Shown: piece by piece, positions 24,168-34,427 of the stretch
Position numbering within the stretch: the first letter of the stretch is position 1
How the letters are laid out: every line of letters begins with the position of its first letter
DNA from: a virus
Virus record (IMG/VR): IMGVR_UViG_3300048599_000085
Coordinates: 1-41,872 of that record
Strand: one strand, 5' to 3'
DNA length: 41,872 nt
Made by a program: the position numbers and the translations under genes
The notes under the pieces: generated by a model
What the model was told of the DNA's origin: nothing
Databases searched by the model: none
What the model saw: only the letters and a program-made list of their open reading frames with translations

Positions 24168-25304
24168 ATGGCAGTCGCGCCCTTGCAGCTTCCCGGTTAT
24201 CAGTCCGCGCCGGATATTAATTGGTCGCCGCTTGATCAGCTTGGAAAAACGATCAAGGTTTATCGCGATAAAGCCGCGCTTGGCGATATCATGGCAAATG
24301 CTGATTTCAGCAATCCGCAGTCGTTGCACGATATTGCCAAGCAGTCATATGCAATTGATCCGTCAACCGGGATGACGCTGGCGAATCTAGGCATTCAGCA
24401 GGCCAACACACAGAAGAATGACGCTTGGAGGCGTGAGGAATCGGAGCGCGCGCAGCGCAATGCAGATCGGTCTTACCGACTGCAAGCGCAGGCGGCGGCG
24501 CAAGCGAAAGCTAACGCGGATCGCGAATGGAATTATGATCCAATTGAGGAGAGGGCGCAGCAAGCGCAGGCTTATGGGCTTGATCGTAATTCGCCAGAGG
24601 GAAGGGCGTTCATCCTAAATGGCAAGCTTCCAGAGAGCAACACCACAATTCAAAACCAAGTTGAGCAGCGCAAGGCGGCGGCAGCAAGTCTAGGACTAAC
24701 ACCAGAACATCCTGCCTATAACAGCTTCGTTCTCACCAATAAGATGCCCCGCGAAGACGCTCAGCCGCTAACAGCGACAGACAAAAAAGCCATCCTAGAA
24801 GCTGACGAAGGCGTGATGACGGCAAAGTCCGCAATTGACGCGCTATCAAAGGCCAAGGAGCTTTCTCCTAAAGCGCTCGGATTTAAGGGCGCGGGCAACG
24901 TGGCATCGCTTGGCGCGTTGCTTGGAAATCAGGCTTCGGTCGATACTGTCGAGCTTGACAACACTGTTACATCCAACGCCTTGACGCAGCTCAAGTCAAT
25001 TTTCGGTGGCAATCCGACTGAGGGCGAGCGAAAGATCATGCTGGATATTCAGGGATCATCGAGTCTCCCTGACACTGTCCGACAGAAAATCTACGACCGA
25101 GCAATCGGACTGGCTCAGAATCGTCTCAAATTCAATGAACAGCGCGCAGCAGAAATGCGCGGGGGGCAGTTCTACAAGCCGCAGGTCGGCATGACGAGGG
25201 CACCTCTTCAACAATCGCAAGGCATTAATCAGCAACAGTACGAAGCCCTTCCATCTGGCTCAGTGTTTACTGCACCGGATGGGACGCAGCGAGTTAAACC
25301 ATAA
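24168..25304 (+). CDS. putative internal/ejection protein (gp20 position)
   Basis: 378 aa, with a coiled/charged central region. Positional call. Confidence 0.4.
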   Translation: MAVAPLQLPGYQSAPDINWSPLDQLGKTIKVYRDKAALGDIMANADFSNPQSLHDIAKQSYAIDPSTGMTLANLGIQQANTQKNDAWRREESERAQRNADRSYRLQAQAAAQAKANADREWNYDPIEERAQQAQAYGLDRNSPEGRAFILNGKLPESNTTIQNQVEQRKAAAASLGLTPEHPAYNSFVLTNKMPREDAQPLTATDKKAILEADEGVMTAKSAIDALSKAKELSPKALGFKGAGNVASLGALLGNQASVDTVELDNTVTSNALTQLKSIFGGNPTEGERKIMLDIQGSSSLPDTVRQKIYDRAIGLAQNRLKFNEQRAAEMRGGQFYKPQVGMTRAPLQQSQGINQQQYEALPSGSVFTAPDGTQRVKP

Positions 25305-27427
25305 TGGCGAACTGGTGGGATGACGCGCCGTTAGCTGAACCGTCCAAGACGCCGGCGGCTGCCGGCAATTGGTGGAACGCCGCCCCGCTGGCAAAGTCAG
25401 ACAGTGGCTTTGCGAATCCGGTTCAATCGTCGCAGGGGCAGACGGCGCCCACGCGCGTCACAATGGACATGACGAAGTCTGATCGAGGTGTGACTGATGC
25501 CGTCGCCCGCGGTGCGGCTCAGGGTCTCACGGCGAATTTCTATGATGAATTGCGCGGCTTGGTCGAAGCGAACGGCGCTAACCCGAAAGACCCCGCTAGT
25601 ATCTACAATCTTATCGGCGGCGCTATGAAGTATTGGTCTGGCCAACCAGAGGCGTCGAAGGCATACGATCAAGCTGTTTCGCGAGAACGCGCCGAAACTA
25701 AATCTGCCGAAGAACAGCATCCCATCGCGTCCATCGCCGGGAATGTAGCGGGATCTGTTGCGCTTCCAATTGGAGCGGCAGCAAATGCAGCGACGTTGCC
25801 GGGCCGCATGGCAACAGGAGCCGCGGTCGGTGCTGGCTTGGGCGGCCTATCTGGTGTGGGAGAGGGAAGCGGTGCCGTCGATAGTATCTCGCGGGGCGCT
25901 ACGGGGGCGGCGCTAGGTGGCGCTTTAGGCGGGGCGGCTCCTGCCGTTGTGGAGGGCGTGATACGGGGGGCGCGAGCGGCGGCTGGGCCATTAGCCAACA
26001 CTGTTCGAGGCATTCGGAACGCAGATGATGAGGCGGCGCGGCGCGTTGCATCCTCTATCGAGCGAGATATTCAGGCAGACCCAACAGCTGTCTCAAGATT
26101 AACCCCTGCCGAGTTCGTAGCCAGTCGCCGATCTGGCGGACCAGCCACCATCATGGACGTGGGCGGAGAAACGACCCGCGCGCTCGCTCGCTCCGCCGCC
26201 AACACCTCTCCGGAGGGTCGGGCTTCCTTGTCTCGCACCATCAACGATCGTTTCGAGGGACAATCAGAGCGCGTTACCGGCTGGTTGCGGAACACCTTCA
26301 ACTTTCCTGACGCCGACGCGCAGTCAAAGGCGATCACGGAGGTTGCGAAGGGCTTCAACCGACCAGCGTATGCCAAGGCTTACGCGGAAGGGCGCGTTGG
26401 AATTTGGGACAATGAGCTATCGGAATTGTCTCAAGCCCCAGTCGTAAAGGACGCGGTCAACGCCGCTCTCAAACAGGCGCAGAATAAGTCAGCAAGTGGT
26501 CCATTGAACGGAACGACTATCGAACGCTGGGCAAACAATGGTAAGCCGACCCTGGAATTTTGGGACTTGGTCAAGCGCCAGATCGACCAAGAAATTAACG
26601 TCGCCAAACGAGCCGGCAAGAATGAAGATGTCGGCACGTTGACCGAGGTCAAGAACGCTATCGTCCGGAAGTTGGACGATGCTGTCCCGAGCTATGCCAA
26701 AGCCCGCGCTGGAGCCGCGCAGATGTTCGACGCTCAGGACGCGCTCGAAGCGGGCAAAAACTATGTGACCAAGAACGTGTCGCACTCGGACGTGCGGCGC
26801 GCATTGAGTTACATGACGCCGACTGAAAGGCAGTTATTTCAGGACGGGTTTGTTTCGGAGTTTATCTCAAGTCTGAGCAAGATCGGAGATCGGCGCTCAG
26901 TGCTGAATAAGATTGCCGAGTCACCCGCCGCTCGGGAAAGGCTGAATATCGCTCTCGGTAAGGAAAAAACAGCAGAACTTGAGGCTGGATTGCGTGTCGA
27001 AGGTATCATGGATTTGGCCAGAAACGCCGTGCAAGGCAACTCGACCACTGCGCGGCAGCTTGCAGAATTGGGATTGGCTGGCGGTGCCTATGGCTTCTCT
27101 GGTGGCGGGTTGAATCCGTTTTCCGATCCAGGAGCCGTTATGAATGCAGCACTTGCTTACGGAGCGCTCAAGGGAAAAAACAGGATCAACGAAAACGTCT
27201 CGCGCAGGGTTGCTGAGATGTTGACTTCATCTGACCCTGCGAAGCTCCTGCAAGGCATCCGCGTCGTTACACGCAATCAGAATCTCTTCAACTCCCTGCG
27301 TGCTGCTGATCGGGGGTTGGCTCGTGTCGGCGGAGAGCAGGCGTCTGGCATCCCGGCGATTACGGCCATCGGCGCAGGCCGCGCCGAAGATAAGCCAGAA
27401 ACTCAGCGGCCACCCGGCCAGCGATAA
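25304..27427 (+). CDS. putative large internal/ejection protein (gp16 position)
   Basis: 707 aa with a Gly/Ala-rich hydrophobic segment (IAGNVAGSVALPIGAAANAATLPGRMATGAAVGAGLGGLSGVG..). Positional call. Confidence 0.4.
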   Translation: MANWWDDAPLAEPSKTPAAAGNWWNAAPLAKSDSGFANPVQSSQGQTAPTRVTMDMTKSDRGVTDAVARGAAQGLTANFYDELRGLVEANGANPKDPASIYNLIGGAMKYWSGQPEASKAYDQAVSRERAETKSAEEQHPIASIAGNVAGSVALPIGAAANAATLPGRMATGAAVGAGLGGLSGVGEGSGAVDSISRGATGAALGGALGGAAPAVVEGVIRGARAAAGPLANTVRGIRNADDEAARRVASSIERDIQADPTAVSRLTPAEFVASRRSGGPATIMDVGGETTRALARSAANTSPEGRASLSRTINDRFEGQSERVTGWLRNTFNFPDADAQSKAITEVAKGFNRPAYAKAYAEGRVGIWDNELSELSQAPVVKDAVNAALKQAQNKSASGPLNGTTIERWANNGKPTLEFWDLVKRQIDQEINVAKRAGKNEDVGTLTEVKNAIVRKLDDAVPSYAKARAGAAQMFDAQDALEAGKNYVTKNVSHSDVRRALSYMTPTERQLFQDGFVSEFISSLSKIGDRRSVLNKIAESPAARERLNIALGKEKTAELEAGLRVEGIMDLARNAVQGNSTTARQLAELGLAGGAYGFSGGGLNPFSDPGAVMNAALAYGALKGKNRINENVSRRVAEMLTSSDPAKLLQGIRVVTRNQNLFNSLRAADRGLARVGGEQASGIPAITAIGAGRAEDKPETQRPPGQR

Positions 27428-27452
27428 CACCACAATACAGAAAAGCAGAAAC

Positions 27453-27484
27453 AGCCGTCCCTTGGGGCGGCTTTTTTCTTTTGA
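27453..27484 (+). terminator. strong intrinsic terminator inside the late region
   Basis: AGCCGTCCC-TT-GGGGCGGCT (9-bp stem with one G-U pair) followed by TTTTTTCTTTT. Confidence 0.7.
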
Positions 27485-27494
27485 GGGTATATCG

Positions 27495-28520
27495 ATGCTT
27501 AAACGATCGCTCATCTGGCTAGTAATTCTAGCTGGTCTAACCCTGCCTGTCCAAGCCGCAGGAACGCTCCCCGGGTTTTCCCTGACACCGCAGTTCGACC
27601 AGAACGGTAAGCCTGCCCCCGGATGCCTTCTTTATACCATTCAGGCCGGTACGACCTCCACGCCGCAGAACTCCTATCAGGATAGCAATCTGTCCATCCT
27701 GATGCCGAACCCGATTTCCTGCGATGCCTCCTCGCGGTTGCCGCAGTTCTTCCTTGCGGACGGGTTGATCAAGGTTCGCCTGACGACTTCGAGCGGTACG
27801 CAGATATTCGTTCAGGACAACCTGCTTGTCATCGGCCCTTCATCCGGTGGCGGCGGTGGAGGTGGATCGGTCGATCCGACGACCATCATTCAAACTGGGT
27901 CGGTGCAGGCTTATTACGGGACCGGCACGCGAAGCGGCTATGTGAGGCTCAACGGGCGAACCATCGGGTCCGCGACATCAGGTGCGACGGAACGCGCGAA
28001 CTCGGATGCGCAACAGCTCTTTGAATATCTGTGGAACACGGATTCGACCCTGACCGTATCGGGAGGCCGCGGCGTGTCGGCTAATGCCGATTGGCTCGCG
28101 AACAAGACGTTGACGCTGCCTGATGCGCGCAACCGTGTGTTCGCCGGTCTTGGCGACATGGGCAATAGCGATGCCGGACTATTCACAGGGTTGTCTTTTT
28201 CGAAAGGGAACGGCGTCACGCTCGGCTCCATTCTCGCGGGGACGGTGACGCTCGCAACGGAGAACCTACCGCCTTATACGCCGTCCGGATCAGTCGGCGT
28301 CAACAACGCGCTGACTCAGCAGATGGCGGGAACGACAGGCGGGTTGGGTGTCACAACCAACGGCAACCCTAACTTCAGCTTCTGGAAAGATGGTCCGAAC
28401 AATGTATCGCTTGGCGGCTCTATCAGCGCGACGTTCACCGGCACAGCGCAGGGCGGCACATCGACGCCTGTCAAGGTGGCGCAGCCCACCATCCTGATGA
28501 CCATCTACATAAAACTGTAG
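27495..28520 (+). CDS. tail-collar-domain fibre-like protein with N-terminal signal-peptide-like segment
   Basis: Preferred ATG at 27495 (MLKRSLIWLVILAGLTLPVQAAG..). Has a poly-Gly linker. KTLTLPDARNRVFAGLGDMG matches the phage tail collar motif (LPDLRGRv..G.G). Confidence 0.65.
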   Translation: MLKRSLIWLVILAGLTLPVQAAGTLPGFSLTPQFDQNGKPAPGCLLYTIQAGTTSTPQNSYQDSNLSILMPNPISCDASSRLPQFFLADGLIKVRLTTSSGTQIFVQDNLLVIGPSSGGGGGGGSVDPTTIIQTGSVQAYYGTGTRSGYVRLNGRTIGSATSGATERANSDAQQLFEYLWNTDSTLTVSGGRGVSANADWLANKTLTLPDARNRVFAGLGDMGNSDAGLFTGLSFSKGNGVTLGSILAGTVTLATENLPPYTPSGSVGVNNALTQQMAGTTGGLGVTTNGNPNFSFWKDGPNNVSLGGSISATFTGTAQGGTSTPVKVAQPTILMTIYIKL

Positions 28521-28526
28521 AAAATC

Positions 28527-28646
28527 ATGAGAAAAATCAGATACTTGGATGTATCGCGGCTTCGCGAGTTGTTTTCTTATGATCCCATCACGCACGAGAT
28601 GCGGAAAATACTTCATGGCGACTTCGCCAGCACAGGGGTCGCATAA
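28527..28646 (+). pseudogene. 39-codon remnant of an HNH-AP2 homing-endonuclease N-terminus
   Basis: MRKIRYLDVSRLRELFSYDPITHEMRKILHGDFASTGVA. Compare LRELLRYDAGDGVLYW (1..718), VRSRLSYDPESGVLQW (32069..) and VREALDYDPRTGILRW (33918..). No catalytic part follows. Confidence 0.5.
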
Positions 28647-28983
28647 TGGGCATTTCATTAAACGCAACGGCCACGAACAACGCTGACTGGAATATGCAAA
28701 TCCATGTCACGGATGCGGACAGCGGCGCGCCTATCGATTTCACCGGTGCCACCATTGAGATCGAGGTGAAAGACGCGAATGGCTGCCGAAAGCTTGAGGG
28801 CTCAGTTGCTGACGGTCGCGTGACGTTGCCCGACGCCGGAGTAATCGAGTGGCTATTTCCGGCATCTGTCATGGAGGGCCTGTGCCCAGGCTCCTACAAT
28901 ATGGGCGCCGTTTATCAGCTTAACGGAGCAACAGTATCTCTGTTCACCGGACAACTGGTCATCATTGACGGGGTGGCTCGCAT

Positions 28984-28987
<4 letters not shown>
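28646..28987 (+). CDS. small virion/fibre-associated protein
   Basis: 113-aa ORF with a TAATG start and ATGA coupling to the collagen-like fibre gene. Confidence 0.5.
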
Positions 28988-30735
<1,748 letters not shown>

Positions 30736-30743
30736 GGTGCGAC

Positions 30744-30914
30744 ATGCCAAACTATCTGCTGCTCGATAGTGACGACAAAGCGATCAACTACATCGCTGCC
30801 GATGCAGGTGTTGTGAAGATCATCGAATATACCGGGCCGTTCTTTCAGGGCGGGCAATTCAACGGTGAGACCGTGGTTGCGCCGGACGAGCCTACGGCTC
30901 ATTCAGACGATTGA
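30744..30914 (+). CDS. small hypothetical protein (56 aa)
   Basis: Internal ATG of track ORF 30723..30914 (MPNYLLLDSDDKAINYIAADAG..). Confidence 0.4.
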   Translation: MPNYLLLDSDDKAINYIAADAGVVKIIEYTGPFFQGGQFNGETVVAPDEPTAHSDD

Positions 30915-30950
30915 TGGTCACTGCTCTGGTGCTCGCTGCCGGGCCGGGTC

Positions 30951-31172
30951 TTACTTTTCGCTGGCGGTCACTTCCGCGCCGCCGTAGCCGCCGCTACCGA
31001 CACAAATATACGATATCCGTCCGGTCCCTCCGGCACCGCAGCTTTCGGGATGAGCGTTGAAGTACTTGTTGTATGTAACGACAACGCGCCCATCAGGGGC
31101 CGGTTGTTGCGGCCGAGAGCGACCAAAAACCGCGAGAAACAGCGCTTTTACTGTGTCGATGACTGAGTTCAT
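30951..31172 (-). CDS. opposite-strand small protein (73 aa), moron candidate
   Basis: Track ORF 30951..31292. Preferred ATG at 31172 (MNSVIDTVKALFLAVFG..) with GAGGGA about 8 nt upstream. It is the only minus-strand gene between 14.2 and 33.9 kb. Confidence 0.5.
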   Translation of the reverse strand: MNSVIDTVKALFLAVFGRSRPQQPAPDGRVVVTYNKYFNAHPESCGAGGTGRISYICVGSGGYGGAEVTASEK

Positions 31173-31248
31173 CACTTCGTATCCCTCGCGCCGGACTGGC
31201 TCCCGATTTTTAGCTGATCCGGACTGACCTTTCAAGCTGGAGAACTCC

Positions 31249-31779
31249 ATGTCCCCCGCAGCCCTTCCGGCGGCGCGCTCGGCGCTGCGCATGTCTCAAC
31301 CCGGCCTTGAATTGGTCAAGGCGTTCGAAAGCTGCATGGCAGCGATCAAGGCCCGCCCGGGATATTTCAAAGCCTATCGCGATCCGGTCGGCGTTTTGAC
31401 CATAGGTTACGGCCACACCAATCATCACCTGCCGCGCTTCGACGGCAACGCGGTGTGGTCGCGGGCTGAGTGCGACGCGGCGCTGGCGCGCGACATGGCG
31501 GTGTTCGAGAAATGGGTTTCTGACCACGCCAAGGTGTCGCTCGCCCAGCACGAGTTCGATGCACTGGTGTCGTGGTCCTACAACACCGGCGGCCCCGCCA
31601 CGGCCACGCTGTGGAAAAAGCTGAACGCGGGCAACAAGGCCGCCGTGCCGGTCGAGCTTGCGAAATGGAATAGGGCCGGCGGCAAGGTACTGGCCGGTCT
31701 CGTCCGCCGCCGCAAGGCCGAAGGGCTGATGTTTTCAGGCCAGATCGACGCGGCCCTGAAGCTGGCACGCGGCAAGTAA
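31249..31779 (+). CDS. GH24 lysozyme-type endolysin
   Basis: GLELVKAFESC..AYRDPVGVLTIGYGHT..., HEFDALVSWSYNTG, LAGLVRRRKAEGLMF match the lambda R / P22 gp19 / T4 E family pattern. SD GGAG. Confidence 0.9.
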   Translation: MSPAALPAARSALRMSQPGLELVKAFESCMAAIKARPGYFKAYRDPVGVLTIGYGHTNHHLPRFDGNAVWSRAECDAALARDMAVFEKWVSDHAKVSLAQHEFDALVSWSYNTGGPATATLWKKLNAGNKAAVPVELAKWNRAGGKVLAGLVRRRKAEGLMFSGQIDAALKLARGK

Positions 31780-31812
31780 TCCGCGCCGGGCGGTCTCCCG
31801 GCAACCCTCACA

Positions 31813-32013
31813 ATGACGGAGACGACTATGACCTGGGATTCCATCCAGCAGGTGCTGCGCATCGTGCTGAACGCGGCCGGCGGCGTGCTGATCGGCAAGG
31901 GCTATCTCACCGAGGAAATGAGCACCACGCTGATCGGCGGCCTGCTGTCGCTCGGATCGGTATCGTGGTGGGTTGTATTTGAACGCAACAGGCTCGCTCA
32001 GAAAAATCAGTAG
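31813..32013 (+). CDS. holin-like two-TM protein
   Basis: 66 aa with two hydrophobic segments and a charged C-terminus (ERNRLAQKNQ), next to the endolysin. An alternative ATG at 31828 has a better SD (GGAGA). Confidence 0.6.
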   Translation: MTETTMTWDSIQQVLRIVLNAAGGVLIGKGYLTEEMSTTLIGGLLSLGSVSWWVVFERNRLAQKNQ

Positions 32014-32068
32014 CAGTCCCTCATTCTGACGCGACGGCTTTCCGCCGCGTCAGCGCGCTGAAATTTCA

Positions 32069-32617
32069 ATGGAGGGCAGCATGCCTGAAAGGGAGAGCAT
32101 AACCGCTGAATACGTGCGTTCCAGACTCTCATACGATCCAGAGAGCGGCGTTTTGCAGTGGAAGCCCATTACAGGTCACCGCTGGGCGGCTGCATGGAAC
32201 GCCAAATTCGCAGGTACTGCTGCCGGGCGCGTTGACTCAACGGGTTATATTCAGGTGGCGATTAACGCGAAAAGATACCCGGCAACGCATCTAATTTGGA
32301 TCATCGTTACGGGTGCATGGCCAGTGGCGATGATAGATCATAAGAATCGCTGTCGAACTGACAATCGTTTGATCAATTTGCGCGAAGCTAGTCGCACCGA
32401 AAATATCAGAAATAGCGGACCAAAGCGCCCGTTCTACAAAGGCGTAAAGCGCACATCATCGATAATTGAACGGTGGCAAGCCAGAATCTCGGTTGGTGGA
32501 GAATACAAGCACCTCGGTGTGTTCGATACCCCGCGTGAAGCGGCCGTTGCTTACGACAATGCATCCCGTGAGTTTTTTGGCGAGTTTGCTTGTCCGAATT
32601 TTGGCGAGCGAACATGA
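32069..32617 (+). CDS. HNH + AP2-domain homing endonuclease, inserted between holin and spanins
   Basis: YVRSRLSYDPESGVLQWKP; MIDHKNRCRTDNRLINLREASRTENIRN (HNH); YKGVKR..WQARISVGGEYKHLGVFDTPREAAVAYDNASREFFGEFACPNF (AP2). An alternative ATG at 32081 follows GGAGG. Confidence 0.85.
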   Translation: MEGSMPERESITAEYVRSRLSYDPESGVLQWKPITGHRWAAAWNAKFAGTAAGRVDSTGYIQVAINAKRYPATHLIWIIVTGAWPVAMIDHKNRCRTDNRLINLREASRTENIRNSGPKRPFYKGVKRTSSIIERWQARISVGGEYKHLGVFDTPREAAVAYDNASREFFGEFACPNFGERT

Positions 32618-32853
32618 CCGCCTCCGCCATCATCGGCGTCGTCTCGGCGCTGCTGTCCATCGTCAAGCTGATCGCGGAGTACGCGGTCAGCCGGAAGTGG
32701 ATGGACGCCGGTACGGCGCAGGCCATCGCGAAAGGACTTACAGATGCGAACGACGCCATCGCGAGGGCTACAGCGGCCCGTGATCTTGTGCGGGCTGATC
32801 TTGCTCGCGATCCATCTGGCGTCCTGTCAGACGACGGGTTCCGGCGCGATTGA
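32614..32853 (+). CDS. i-spanin (Rz-like)
   Basis: Preferred ATG at 32614 (ATGA overlap with the HNH stop). N-terminal TM segment MTASAIIGVVSALLSIVKLI followed by a charged helical periplasmic part. Confidence 0.55.
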   Translation: MTASAIIGVVSALLSIVKLIAEYAVSRKWMDAGTAQAIAKGLTDANDAIARATAARDLVRADLARDPSGVLSDDGFRRD

Positions 32854-32986
32854 TCCCGCGCTGGTGGCCTGCGCGTCGTTCAAGCCGGTCTATTGGTCGA
32901 AGGCTGACACCCCGGCGACCGTCGCGCAGGTGAAAGAAAACAACGCTGCGGGGAAAGCTCTATGCGGGTGGGGCGCGACGAAATGA
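32744..32986 (+). CDS. o-spanin (Rz1-like lipoprotein), overlapping the i-spanin in another frame
   Basis: Lipobox L-A-S-C after a hydrophobic region (RPVILCGLILLAIHLASCQ). It starts inside the i-spanin gene and extends beyond it. Confidence 0.55.
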   Translation: MRTTPSRGLQRPVILCGLILLAIHLASCQTTGSGAIDPALVACASFKPVYWSKADTPATVAQVKENNAAGKALCGWGATK

Positions 32987-33216
32987 GCGATGTCAAAAAG
33001 TTCGATGACCTTCCTGAAAAGACCAAGCTCTTTCTGAGCAACTTGCGCGAGGACGAGGTGGACACCCTCAATGATGAAATCCAATTGGTCGGGTCTATCA
33101 AGACGGTCGGCGTATTCATCAAGTGGGTCATTATCGGCGTGCTAGGCATCGTGTCCGGCGTCGTCATGTTTGCCGAATCAATCGGCAAATTCCTCGCTTG
33201 GTTCAAGGCGGACTGA
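32983..33216 (+). CDS. small C-terminally membrane-anchored protein
   Basis: ATGA overlap with the o-spanin stop. MSDVKKFDDLPEKTKLF...VGVFIKWVIIGVLGIVSGVVMFA. Confidence 0.5.
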   Translation: MSDVKKFDDLPEKTKLFLSNLREDEVDTLNDEIQLVGSIKTVGVFIKWVIIGVLGIVSGVVMFAESIGKFLAWFKAD

Positions 33217-33318
33217 CATGCCGGTATTGCCGTTAACGCCATTTGATCTGTGGATGGCGTGGTGGCTGTTGTGGCTAGAGCCACAGGATTAATCCCGTCA
33301 ACAAATCATGAGGTTCAA

Positions 33319-33921
33319 ATGATCCGCGCTATTGCGGCGGGGCTCGGCATTGCCGTGGCCGCGCTCGCGCTCGCTTGCCTTTTCCTCGATTCTCCGGCTC
33401 ACGCCCGCAACGCGCGGACTACTGCTATGCATCCGATGTGCAACGTTCTTTGGCCATGCACTGTACCAAGCGGCGGAAAAGTAAAATCCGAACGCGCGGG
33501 ATTATACCCTTCGAAACAGGATCGGGCTCGCATCGCCCGTGCGGAGCGCTTCCGCAACGTGGATTTCGGCTCGCCGCTCTATCCACCAGAAACCCAGAGG
33601 TCGTTTCTTCGAGGCGTAGAAATTCTCGGAGGAAGGCCTGCGGGTTGCCCGCGTCGTTTCTGTGGCTGCGGCGTGTCACTCAAAGTCTTTGGCCGCATAA
33701 TCCCAGACTTAAACCTAGCCGCAAATTGGAAGCGCTTTGCGTCGGCAACGCCGGGCGCGGGGACCGTGGCTTGGCGGCCGGGACATGTCCTATTCGTCGA
33801 AGCTCATTTGGGCGGAACAATGTATCAGGTTTACGATCCAAACAGCGGCGGCGGTAAAATCCGCAGACACGTTAGGAACCTCGCTGGATATAGATTTGTA
33901 GACCCGAGCAGGCCCGCCTAA
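33319..33921 (+). CDS. secreted CHAP/NlpC-P60-like cysteine peptidase candidate
   Basis: Preferred ATG at 33319 (GAGG upstream). Signal-like MIRAIAAGLGIAVAALALACLFLDSPAHA. Candidate Cys (CPRRFCGCGVS) and His (WRPGHVLFVEAH) motifs. Assignment is tentative. Confidence 0.45.
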   Translation: MIRAIAAGLGIAVAALALACLFLDSPAHARNARTTAMHPMCNVLWPCTVPSGGKVKSERAGLYPSKQDRARIARAERFRNVDFGSPLYPPETQRSFLRGVEILGGRPAGCPRRFCGCGVSLKVFGRIIPDLNLAANWKRFASATPGAGTVAWRPGHVLFVEAHLGGTMYQVYDPNSGGGKIRRHVRNLAGYRFVDPSRPA

Positions 33922-34427
33922 GCGCGCCGCATGTATTCACCAAAACTCTTGGCTGCCGCTACCATGTAGGCCTTGTGAGCCTCCTCAGCGGTATCAAACG
34001 CTCCCAATTCCCGACGAGTCCCGCGAACATAGATGTAGGCAATGTATCGCTGGTCTCTTTTGTGGAACGAGACGCCCTTAAATCCTGATGTGTTCGTTAC
34101 ATAAGTCTTCCTATTAAATCCATTCTGCGCCTCGTTCACATCTCGCAGATTGGCAATCCTATTATCCGATGGGTCACCGTTTATGTGGTCAATAAACCCG
34201 TCCGGCCATTTCCCATAGACATGAAGCCACACAATTCGGTGCGCCTGACGATGCTTACCTTCAAAATGGAAGGCCAAATAGCCTTGACCGTTCTTTCCGC
34301 CCGCGATGTCTCCAATCGTTACGCGGGCGGCTGGCTTAATCTTCCATCGAAGGATTCCGGTTCTTGGATCGTAATCCAACGCCTCCCGAACCCTTTCGGC
34401 GGTTAGATCGTTTATCGCCTTCGACAT
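33918..34427 (-). CDS. HNH + AP2-domain homing endonuclease
   Basis: VREALDYDPRTGILRWKIKP; FIDHINGDPSDNRIANLRDVNEAQNGFN; FKGVSFHKRDQRYIAYIYVRGTRRELGAFDTAEEAHKAYMVAAAKSFGEY. Low GC. Confidence 0.85.
   Translation of the reverse strand: MSKAINDLTAERVREALDYDPRTGILRWKIKPAARVTIGDIAGGKNGQGYLAFHFEGKHRQAHRIVWLHVYGKWPDGFIDHINGDPSDNRIANLRDVNEAQNGFNRKTYVTNTSGFKGVSFHKRDQRYIAYIYVRGTRRELGAFDTAEEAHKAYMVAAAKSFGEYMRRA

Noticed and set aside
32026-32053. Hairpin CTGACGCG(A)CGG...CCG(C)CGCGTCAG after the holin-like gene, as a possible terminator
   Set aside because: The stem is imperfect and no U-tract follows (CGCGCTGAAATTTC), so it is not convincing as an intrinsic terminator.
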